In this document: positions 53,421 to 64,000 of the stretch, piece by piece
Layout: the number at the start of each line of letters is the position of its first letter
How positions within the stretch are numbered: position 1 is the stretch's first letter
Assembly (NCBI GenBank): GCA_038087875.1
Contig: CM076000.1
Span: 1,302,001 to 1,366,000 of the forward strand
From: Malacoraja senta
Taxonomy: Eukaryota
Direction of reading: 5' to 3'
Length of the DNA: 64,000 nt
The notes under the pieces: generated by a model
What the model was told of the DNA's origin: nothing
The model's database searches: none
What the model saw: the letters and a program-made list of their open reading frames with translations, nothing else
Program-made: the position numbers and the translations under genes

Positions 53421-55270
53421 TGTCTCCTACTTGTGAAGAGACGTGAAGAAGTGACATGTAAAGTAAGTTCCACAGACTAAGCAAGAAAAAGTTGATGGTA
53501 CAACCTGCAATGTTTGTCAGAGAAGGAGCCCTTTATGACAACTTCAGGCATTCTCACAACTTCTTTCTTTCAAATACTTTCTTCATAACACTATGGAATA
53601 ATTTTAGTTTAATTTAGAGATACAGTGTGGAAACAGGCCCTTCGGCCCACCAAGTCTGTGCCAACCAGGGATCACCCCGTACACTAATTCTATCCAACAC
53701 ACCAAGGGCAATTTACAGAAGCCTATTAGCCTACAAACCTGCGTGTTTTTATATTACACCAACTGCTTTTATTAATACACACAAAAACACTAATCTTCCT
53801 TGCACGCTCCACATCAGCCTTGCCCCCCATTTCCCTTTCATTTACTGCCATTAACAGGTTAAAATAGGAAACAAAATAACAAGCAGGATAAGTGAGTGAG
53901 AAATCACTTAAAGCCAGCAAGGTGTGGCAACATATGGAGTGACGTGAATTGAAAGGAATAGTCATTTCGCAGCAAAGAGCAGCACAGAACAGAATTTCTG
54001 ACAATTATGTATTTCTTGCATTTAGCAAAAAAATACAGGCAGCCAATATCATCAAAGACCCACATCACTCTCATTTCACTCCTCTCATCAGAAAGAAGGT
54101 ATAAGGCTGAAAACTGTAACCTCCAGGTTCAAGAACAGCTTCTTCCCAACAACCATCAGGCTCTTGATCACTACACAAAACTAAACTCAAATATGAACTT
54201 TCATAGACTGTTTTTGGTTGCATTACAGACTTTCTTTATTAGGTTATTAATTTATTGTTTTTTTTGTCTGATGTATATTATTTATTTGTAGAATGATGAC
54301 AGGCCTGTCATGCTGTTGCAGGTATGATTTGTGTCATTCCACTGTTGGTACATAACAATTAAACACTCTTGACACATGTAGACGGTGACATCGGGAGCTC
54401 GCGGGTCCCTAGTGGGAAACCATTTTTCAGAGCTCCCGCAATGGCAACTTCTCCCACCCGAATTGCGGGGTTGAAAATGACCCGGAGCGGGGCCTTACAT
54501 TAACGGCCGCGGGACTTGCCATCGCCCGCCGGGGGCTTTAAAATCGGGAGAAGAATGGAAAACAGGGGAGAGACAACGACTTTGCCTCCCATCACAGTGA
54601 GGAGGAGTCACTGTGATGGATGTTTGTGTAAATTGTGTTAATTGTGTGACTTGGTTTTTTTTTCTTGTTGTATGACTGCAGAAACCAAATTTTGTTTGAG
54701 CTTCATTACAGCGTGGAAACAGACCCTTCAGCCCACTGGGACCATGCCGACTAGCAATCCCCGTACACTAGTTCTATCTTACACCCTTGAGACAATTTGC
54801 AGAAGCCAATTAATCCACAGACCAGTACGTCCTTGGAATGTGAGAGGAATACGGAGCATCCGGAAGAAACCCACATAGTCAGAGGGAGAACATGCAACCT
54901 CCGTACAGGCAGCACCCGCAGTCAGGATCAAACCTGGGTCTCGGGCGCTGTAAGGCAGCGACTCTACCTCTGTGCCAGTGAAGTTCTTCTCCTGAAACTT
55001 CAAGGAAACAGAGGCTCTATCTATTAATCATGTGACGTAGTTAGTGCTTCCTGCAACTTCCAATCCATTAGCCCTCACCCCACAACCTCTGTGCATTTCC
55101 CTGCTGCGTGGCACGGGAACAGAGAAGTGAGTGGGAGAACAAGATACAAATAAAAAGATTTAAAAAGCAGCTTCACTGATTTGTATGTAGACTGAATTTA
55201 GGATGTAAAAAATATTTGAATAATGTGATTTGAAGGCAAAAATCTGACTTAGGTGTAATGTTCCCCCCAA

Positions 55271-56633
55271 AAATGGACACAAGTAGTGGAATAACTCAGC
55301 GTGCCAGGCAGCATGCATAGAGAACATGGATAAGTGACGTTTCGGGTTTGTATTTGAAGGATCCCGACCCAAAACATCACCTATCCATGTGCTCCAGGGA
55401 TGCTGCCTGATCCACTGAACTACTCCAGCACTTTGTGTCCACATTCCTGATTGCTGGTGTTGCAGACCATAACCCCAGCACTGGCCACACAGCCAGACCC
55501 TAGCCTCAGCTGTGCTCTGGACCCATTGACCCTAAACACACACGCAGCTTGCATTCTAGAGCCCTGCCTCACATTTTGGATATGATTGAACAAGTTGCAG
55601 GATCACAACAACAAAAAATCAGGAAAATCCTGCTTTTGCTATCTTGCCTCACAAGTGTCAAACAGTCAAATATTATTCTTGGGCATTGTGACATAATGCA
55701 GTTCTGCTGCAGTAATACCATTTTTACCTCAATGTGTTCCTACTGTATTTTATACTGTTGGCAGACTGAGCCTAAGCTTTGCAGAAAACTTGGGCCATAA
55801 TCAAGGTTTTAAAACCAAATCCAAATTTCATCTCTGAACAGGTTGCAAAAGGGCAGGAGTCAGGGTTTACTTTCCTGTGCCCATAACAAGAGCTTTGGGT
55901 GGTCAAGGATTGAGCAGCTGGATTCAGCATATGGCACTATCCAGACTCAAACCGCATAAAGCACGTTGAATAATATAACTAATCGGGAGTATCAGTGCTG
56001 ATATCAACAAATGCAAATATTACAGAAAGGATTAAAAATGTCAGCAGCTAATGATGACAAACATGAGGTATTTATGCAGGTTTTAGTGATGGTTTTGATT
56101 TATGCGTTTGCTTCTCAATTAAAATTCAGCTACACATAATTTGCTTTGATTGGCGGTTGGAGGCCAATTAGTAACATGTCGTTTTTGTTAATTTGGATTC
56201 GATATTTTTATGGAATTATACAGCTGGGCATGGTGCAGTTTGGCAGGTTGAACAATAAAACACCAATATTCCAGAATCTGATGGTTTGGAATTTTTTGTG
56301 ATCCTGCAACTTGTTCAATCATATTCAAAATGTGAGGCAGGGCTCCAGAATGCAAGCTGCATGTGTGTTTAGGGTCAACGGGTCCAGAGCACAGCTGAGG
56401 CTAGGGTCTGGCTGTGTGGCCAGAGCTGGGGTTATGGTCTGCAACACCAGCGATCAGAAATGTGGACACAAATTGCTGGAGTAGCTCAGTGGGTCAGGCA
56501 GCATCCCTGGAGCACATGGATAGGTGATGGTTTGGGTCGGGATTCTTCAAACACAAACCCGAAACGTCACCTATCCATGTTCTCCAGGCGTGCTGCCTGG
56601 CACGCTGAGGTACTCCACTACTTGTGTCCATTT
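55271..56633. repeat. Inverted duplication, 338-bp arms (55271-55608 and 56296-56633)
   Basis: The arms are reverse complements with scattered mismatches. Confidence 0.92.
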
Positions 56634-56748
56634 AAAAAAAAAAACAGCATCTGCAGTTCCTTGTTTCGACCATTAGAAATGTGGATAGGCTTGTGGCTGG
56701 AGCCAAGGTCTGCAGGCTTTCGGCGATGTAACATTTGGAAACACTAAA

Positions 56749-56927
56749 TAACCATATAACCATAACAGCACGGAAACAGGCCATCTCGGCCCTTCAAGTC
56801 CGTGCCGAACACGTTTTTTTTTATTTATTACTTCCCCCTAGTCACATCTACCTGCACTCAGACCATAACCTTCCATTCCTTTCCCGTCCATATACCCATC
56901 CAATCTATTTTTAAAGGATAAAATCGA
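56749..56927 (-). mobile_element. CR1 3' tail fragment, same family as 19385-22212
   Basis: Near-identical to about 19392-19585. Confidence 0.85.
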
Positions 56928-57799
56928 ATCGAATGTGGTGCATCTGATTCTAGAACTAGCTATTTTCTTAACCATGCTCTGCAGACATCGCCATTATTAA
57001 GACAGCCTCACACAACAAATGACAGATCATGAATACCTGGCCCAAACAACATTATGGCAAATTATGGGACTGCAGGTTCCTTTGTCAATATTGGACCCAT
57101 CAAATGCATGGATACATGAGCAAAGCAAAGTAATATGTGATGAGTAGTTCACCTACTGACCCATCAAAGCATCTTCATTGGTTTGTCTGATTCATGGGTA
57201 ACTGCCCACTTCTCTGGAATGGTATGGCTAATAATAGTACCTTAGAACTTCAGTATCAGCCAAGTCTTTTCTCTGCCATCGTACTTGATATTCACTGTGC
57301 CCACCATCATTGCAGCATGCATAATCTACAGTCATCACCTGTACACTAGTTCTATCCTATGTACTAGGGACATTTTACAGAAGCTAAGTAACCTACAAAC
57401 CTGTACGCAGCACCTGGAGAAAACCCACGCGGTCACAGGGAGAACGTACAAATTCCATACAGACAGCACCTGTCGTCAGGATCAAACCCAGGTCTCTGGT
57501 GCTGTAGGGCAGCAACTCTACTGCTGTGCCTCTGTAACTCCTCCAAACTCTGCCAATGAGCATAAGGGGACAATGCCATGGGAATACCATTACCTGCAAG
57601 TCTCCCCCTTGGACAGATCAACCGAATTATCCTTTTATCACTGGTCATCACTGCGTGAGTAATACACTGAAGTGTTAGACCATCTTCACCAGAGATCCCC
57701 TGGACCTCAACGTTCACCTCATTTACTGCATTGCAGTTTTCCAGATATGGCCCCCTTCACAAGATCTTGGCCACTGTTTCGCCAAAAACCTGCGCTCGG

Positions 57800-58300
57800 T
57801 GTGCCAAGGCCTACTATATCTCCCAGTTGCTAATCATTTTAACACCGCTTCCCATTCCCATACTGATCTTCCTGTTCTGGGCCTCCTCCATTGCCAGAGT
57901 GAGCCCACACACAAACTGGAGGACCAGCATCTGTTCCACTTCTCCCCTCCCTCTTCTCTTCCCTGTGCCCCACCTGGACATACACCCATTTCTCTTCCTC
58001 CCACTCTGGTTTCAAAATTCGCACTTCTATCCTTATCTCACACCTTTTGTCTTTTCATCTCTGGCCTTTGTCCAACCATCTATCTCTCAAAACTCCCCTC
58101 ATCTGCTTCCAAGTATCATTCGCCAGACTTTGTCCTGCACTTCTTCTCTTCCAGCTTTCTCCCTCCACTCCCGACCACAATCAGTCTGAAGAAGACCAGA
58201 AATGTCACCGACTCATGTTCTGCAGAGATGCTGCCCGACCCACTGAGTTACTTCAGAACTTTGCCTTTTTTTGTAAACCAGCATCTGCAGCTTCATGTTT
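57800..58300 (+). mobile_element. Penelope-like element 3' remnant
   Basis: PVANHFNTASHSHTDLPVLGLLHCQSEPTHKLEDQHL plus pseudo-LTR sequence. Confidence 0.75.
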
Positions 58301-59023
58301 AACATCATCACAAGGACTGTGGCCAGTCAAAAGGATTAAATGGCTCTTTCTAAAGAGTACCAACGATAGCTCTAAAACCATTCATACTCAGGACAACAGA
58401 TTGCAAACAAATTATAAAAAAGCTGGTATGACTAATTGGACACTATCGAAAGCTTTTAAAGTGAGGGTTAGGCTACATAGTGTCCATGGAAGGCAGTAAA
58501 AGGAGGCACTATATAAACAGTAGCCTAAATTTTAATTCCATGTGTCGGCACCTCCCATCTGATGAACCAAACAAGGTTAAAATTATGGTAATCCAGGGCT
58601 ATTTTTGTTTGGAGGTTTCAAGAGGCACATGAAGAGGCAACTGAGAGCTTCATATATATTTGAAAAAAATAACAAATGGCTGGAGGCAAAGGGATGGTCG
58701 ACATTTTGGGTTGTAACCCTGCATCACGACCTACCTGAAAGTATAGGTATAAGTGTAGGAAGGAACTGTAGATGCTAGTTTAAACCGAAGATAGACAACA
58801 AAAAGCTGGAGTATCTCAGCGGGACAGGCAGCATCTCTGGAGAGAAGGAATGGGTGATGTTTCGGGTCGAAACGCTTCTTCAGACTTATCCCTTTATCTC
58901 CACAGATGCTGCTCGACCAGCTGAGCTCTTTCAGCAATTTGTTTCTTTCACTCTAGATTCCATCAATGTCACTCTTAAGGTATTGGAAAAATTGGGGCTC
59001 AATGGTATCATCCGACCACAACC

Positions 59024-59112
59024 GAGGGAGATGTCGGCAACCTTCTCGTGGTCTCTCCTGTTAATCCAGTTAGTCTTCTCTTGTGGAATACTTCGTGGAG
59101 ACAGATGCCGAT
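59024..59112 (+). ncRNA. HDV-like self-cleaving ribozyme at the 5' end of the Vingi-like element
   Basis: P1 GAGGGAG/CTCTCCT (G1.U wobble, one A-C mismatch); P2 GTCGGCA/TGCCGAT; P3 ACC/GGT; L3 TTCTCGT; J4/2 CAGA with candidate catalytic C59102. G1 is the first base after the TSD. Confidence 0.8.
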
Positions 59113-61257
59113 AACACAAAACCAAACCAAGGATAGGACAAAGACTGAGTATCGCAGCCCTGAGCCAAGCTTCGCGCTCTTTTCAGAGCGGGCAACAGTT
59201 GCCGTCAAAGGCAAGGATGCTGGGATACTACAGTTGAATGTCGAAGGTCTCACCAGTTCTATGATATTCATCATTGAGCAACTAGCATACGGCAACAAAG
59301 CGACTGTCATATTCATGCAGGAGACACACTGCGAAACAGTGGAGAAACTCGCAATTCCTGAATTCACACTAGTTACTTTCACACCAAGTAGTAAATATTG
59401 TCTGGCCACTTTCATCAGAGATAACACGGATTGGGCTATAGAAGGGCAGTCTGCAGAAGACTCAGATCTGGAATAGTTTGTATTGAAGGTCCAGGACGCC
59501 ACCATCATCAATGTGTACAAGCCTCCCCCAGTGCGTCTTGCTATAACATCCATACCAGTGTTCACCCCTCCCTGTGTATACTCAGGTGATTTCAACTGGC
59601 ACCACACCGAATGGGGTTATTCAAGATGTAATAATGATGGAAACGGCCTCATAGATTGAGCATCTACCAATGACCTCACGCTTCTGTATGATCCAAAGGA
59701 GCCAAACAGCTTCCATTCAGCCCGCTGGGAACACTGGTACAAACCCAGACCTAGCCTTTGCCAGTAACACAAAGAACCATCAGCCACCAACGCACCGGGT
59801 TCTGGAGAAGTTCCAATGGTCACAACACCGACCATCACTCATCACCACAACACCACTGGTTGCACCAACATCAAGCAAACCTGTGAAGCGGTGGAACTTC
59901 CGCAAGGCTGACTGGGACAAGTTCCAACAACTTACCAACGCAGCTGCCTTGAGCCTTCCTCCCCCAGACAGTACCAACCTGAACTCTTCCTACCAAGCCC
60001 ACTGCAACATGCTTATCAGTGCAGGCAAGAAAACCATCCCCCGTGGCTACCAGAGGGATTACATTCCATGTTGGGATGATGAGTGTCAACAGCTACATGA
60101 AGATTATACTGCTGCTGGCACCAAAGAGGATTCTGAAGCCACTGCCACTACATTGCTCACACGCTTGGATGAGAAACGACAAGAACGGTGGATTGAGACG
60201 GTTGAATCGATCGACTTCACTCACTTGAGCCATAAACCATGGCACACAGTCAACCGCCTGACCGGCAGAGCTACATGCAAACCCAGCAAATGCCCAGTGA
60301 CCGGCAACGCAATCGCATCTCAACTAGTCAACAATGGTCGATTCACAAACTCTGACCGTGATTTCTCGCGCCAAGTGAGCAAAGAGGTGGCCGAGTCATG
60401 GAAAACTGACAGAGTGGATACGGACCTAACAATGGCTTTCACCTCAGAGGAAATGGCCACAGCACTCAAGATGTTGAAAGAAGGAAAGGCCCCCGGATCT
60501 GACAGCATACACCCAGAATTTCTACTACATTCTGGAGATGCTGCTACCAACTGGATCCGACAGTACCTGTCGACCTCCATAGAGAAGTGCAAAATCCCAA
60601 AGATCTGGCGTCGTGCAACAGTCATCGCTCTCTCGAAGCCGAACAAGGCAAAGGATGATCCTAAAAGCTACCGGCCCATCTCACTCCTCCGCATCCCATA
60701 CAAGCTCCTTGAGAGGCTGATCCACGGGCGTATCAACCCCATCATAAACCCTCAACTACCCCACGAGCAGGCTGGTTTCCGCCAAGGTCAATCTACTGCG
60801 GACCAGGTAACCCTCCTCACCCAAGACATCGAGGACTGCTTTGAGGCAAATGAGAAGGCAGGAGCCGTTCTTATAAATTTGTCAGCTGCCTATGACACAG
60901 TGTGGCACCGGGGACTAACTGCAAAGCTACTTCAAGTGCTGCCAGACCGGCGCATGGTACGCTACATCATGGAGCTGATATCAAACCGCAGCTTTGTGCT
61001 TAAGACCAGTGATGGACAGCAGAGTAGGCTACGTAGACTGAAGAATGGCGTCCCACAGGGATCCGTCTTGGCTCTGCTGTTTTTCAACATGTACATCCAT
61101 GACCTCCCAGAGACCATCGCTGGAAAATGTGGGTATGCTGACGATCTAGCCATCCTGATGAGGCACAAAGAGTGGAAGACAATCGAAAGCTCCTTGAGTC
61201 AAGACATGGGGACTTTGGCAGTATATCTATGACAGTGGCATCTAAAGCTGAATGAAG

Positions 61258-61602
61258 CTTTAGACGCCAGGAAGGCAGGAAACATGTTCCCGATGTCGGG
61301 GGAGTCCAGAACCAGGGGCCACAGTTTAAGAATAAGGGGTAAGCCATTTAGAACGGAGACGAGGAACTTTTTCTCACAGAGAGTTGTGAGTATGTGGAAT
61401 TCTCTGCCTTAGAGGGCGGTGGAGGCCAGTTCTCTGGATACTTTCAAGAGAGAGCTAGATCGGGCTCTTAAAGATAGCGGAGTCAGGGGATATGGGGAGA
61501 AGGCAGGAACAGGGTACTGATTGTGGATGATCAGCCATGATCACATTGAATGGCGGTGTGGCTCGAATGGCCGAATTGCCTACTCCTGCACCTATTGTCT
61601 AT
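61258..61602 (+). mobile_element. 5'-truncated CR1 LINE 3' fragment inserted in the Vingi-like ORF
   Basis: CR1 3' end sequence. TSD TGAAG at 61253-61257 and 61603-61607. Removing it restores WHLKLNEGKTVSTAFHLNN. Confidence 0.9.
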
Positions 61603-62105
61603 TGAAGGCAAAACAGTGTCAACAGCATTCCATCTAAACAACAAGGAAGCAAAGCGAGAGCTAGTTGTCTTCGTTAACAACGGGCGCTTGGACATCCAAC
61701 AAACACCCACTTACCTCGGCGTAAAGCTGGACAGGTCGCTTACATTTCGTCAACACGTGGCTGGTCTCCACGACAAGACCATGGCGGCCTCATCCGACGC
61801 CTGGCAGGAACACGTTGGGGAGCCAATCCATCAACTCTTCGCACCTCTGCCTTAGCTCTTGTGTATGCTCCAGCTGAGTACTGCGCACCCGTATGGAGTA
61901 GAAGTAGACATACTAGTCTGGTAGACACGATCCTGAACAGCACCTTGTGAACCATCACTGGGTGCCTTCAACCTACTCCAGTCGAGCAGCTCCCTATACT
62001 TGCAGGCATTCCGCCTGCAGGGATCCGAAGGCAAGCAGGAACTATGGTACTATCTCATCATGCCATGGACCCAGATCACCTCCTCCATCAGGCTATCAGC
62101 AGAGA

Positions 62106-62826
62106 CAGGCACGGAACTCGCTATCAAAACATGGAGGGGACCAGGGGACAGGGGGGACACAATTTTTTGGCGGCCGCGCGCGCATGCGCACACTTACACA
62201 CACGCGCGAGGCTTCGGAGGCTCAATCCAGCGCTAATTGCAGCTCAACTCGGCCTGTCTCGCCGGGTTAACTACAGCCCTGACTGGACTGACGGGACACC
62301 AGCGCTGCATCTCCGCGCTGGCCATATTTCCCGCAAGCACAGGCAGAGCTTAGGTTAACCTGGCGGGACAGGCAGAGTTGAGCTGGGTTTAGCGCTGTTT
62401 CTCTGCGCTGGCTGTGGGCCTGGGGACACAGCTCGCATCTGACTCCCGACCTCTCTGGCCACCCGTGGGGGGGGGGGGGCACTCGGGTGGGGACGGGATA
62501 GCGCTGGAGAGCCGGCCGGGATCGATCCTGCCTGCAGATGAGGCGCAGGTCTCCCTCCTCCAATCACCGCACTCTATCCTCAGTCCCACCCCTCCACTCC
62601 TCCCTCCTCCAATGATCGCGCTGAATCATCATGTCCCGCCCCCATTGCCTGCTGACCGACATCTCTCTCGTCCAATCGGCGCCCTCAATCAGCAGTCCCA
62701 CCTCCACTGTCTCGCGGAAAGCGGAGATTATAAAATCTGGATGACAAAAACCTGGGGGGATGTCCCCCACCTCTCAAAACATGGGGGGGACGTGTCCCCT
62801 CTGGCCCCCCGGGTTTTCCGCCCCTG
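62106..62826. mobile_element. Non-autonomous hAT-type DNA transposon inserted in the Vingi-like element
   Basis: 8-bp TSD AGCAGAGA at 62098-62105 and 62827-62834. Imperfect TIRs CAGGCACGGAA / TTCCGCCCCTG. Confidence 0.85.
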
Positions 62827-64000
62827 AGCAGAGAGCAGAGGCCACCCCGACTGAAGTCCCATCACCCCTTTACTCCACATGGAAAACAACTCCTAGCATC
62901 CATCCAGCCAACTGAGACAAAAGCACACTGGTTAGCCACCAAGTGGTCACAGGAGTGGAAGGCAACCTCATCTCCATTACACAGCAACATCTCTTCAGCA
63001 GATAAAAGCTGTCCACGGTCTGACCTCCCCAGAGGAGCATGGGTGAAGCTCAACAGACTTTGTACTGGAGTTGGGCGTTTCAATGCCAGCATGTGGAGAT
63101 GGGGGCTCCGCCAGAGCCCAGCCTGTGAATGCGGAGCAGAACAACAGACAACCAACCATGTCATCTCTGAGTGCCCACTCTACCACCCACCAAATGGAGC
63201 TCAGGGCCTGGCAGACATTGACGCAGAGACAACAACTTGGCTGCTCAACACCCGGCTTGAGATCTAACTATTCCTTTGGTTTATGTTTCATTTGCAAGAA
63301 GAAGACCACAACCAAGGCAACTGTTGTGGACGGGAACTAAAACCAAATAATACAGGGTGGCAGGGTGTCACAGCAGCAGAGTTGCTGCCTTACAATACTT
63401 GCAGCGCCAGAGGCCCGACTATGGGTGCTGTCTGTACATAGTTTGTACGTTCTCCCCGTGACCGCGTGGGTTTTCTCCGAGATCTTCGGTTTCCTCCCAC
63501 ACTCCAAAGACGTACAGGTTTGTAGATTAATTGGCTTGGGTTTGTATACTTGGTATAAGTGTAAATGGTCCCTAGTGTGTGTAGGCTTGTGTTAATGTGC
63601 GGGGATCACTAGTCGGTGCGGACACGGTGGGCCGAAGGGCCAGTTTCTGCGCTGTATCTCTAAACTAAAAATTAAACATTTAACTTTTTTTTAAATTATC
63701 TTTGTGGGCTTGGAGAGGCAGGAATAGCTGAGCCCTTCCTCCTCTGGGCTTCTCTTCCTCTCCTGGAATGACAATCAATCTCTCCTTGTTACATCTCATG
63801 CCAGAAAATATTTCATTGAAATAAAGTATGGACAGATCTGTAGAGACAGTACCAAAACAATTTATAAACAGGTCAGGCCCAGTGAAATTCGAATCCACAG
63901 TAGGAAAGCGAGGAATGCATCTGCAATTTACAGACGAGAGCAAAGAAAACAGCACTGGACCAGACAGTCCACAGGATATGAAGGTAATCAGAAAAAAAGT

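Larger units (their letters stand above)
59024..63303 (+). mobile_element. Full-length Vingi-like (Ingi-related) non-LTR retrotransposon, disabled, with two nested insertions
   Basis: Single ORF with APE endonuclease (LQLNVEGL, MQETH), RT (GVPQGSVL, YADD) and C-terminal CECG..HVISEC; no RNase H seen. (GAA)n tail. TSD GACCACAACC at 59014-59023 and 63304-63313. Several in-frame stops. Confidence 0.85.

Noticed and set aside
63680..63955. 91-aa minus-strand ORF as CREG2 exon 1
   Set aside because: No CREG-like motif and no suitable donor. Exon 1 is probably beyond the window.

Overview
Eukaryotic, repeat-rich vertebrate DNA. The repeat types (HE1-like SINEs, CR1 LINEs, Penelope-derived palindromes) suggest a cartilaginous fish, probably a skate or ray (inference). 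It holds three partial host genes in the same order and orientation as human 2q11.2: the last three coding exons of CNOT11 (+), the RING-H2 and C-terminal exons of RNF149 (-), and exons 2-4 of CREG2 (-). RNF149 exons 1-3 were not found and probably lie in the 200-N gap at 27941-28140. Most of the rest is transposable elements: CR1, Rex/Babar, a full-length Tx1 in a (TC)n repeat, a Gypsy LTR element, Tc1, hAT and Harbinger MITEs, and Penelope remnants. The most notable signal is a full-length Vingi-like LINE (59024-63303) with a 10-bp TSD. Its first nucleotide is the predicted cleavage site of an HDV-like ribozyme that also contains the ORF start codon. Other points of interest: a 5'-inverted (twin-primed) L1, two candidate RNF149 C-termini, a duplicated CREG2 terminal-exon acceptor, a 338-bp inverted duplication, and a 5.4-kb nested DNA transposon. 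No wholly new gene system could be supported by eye. TE boundaries without a TSD are approximate.
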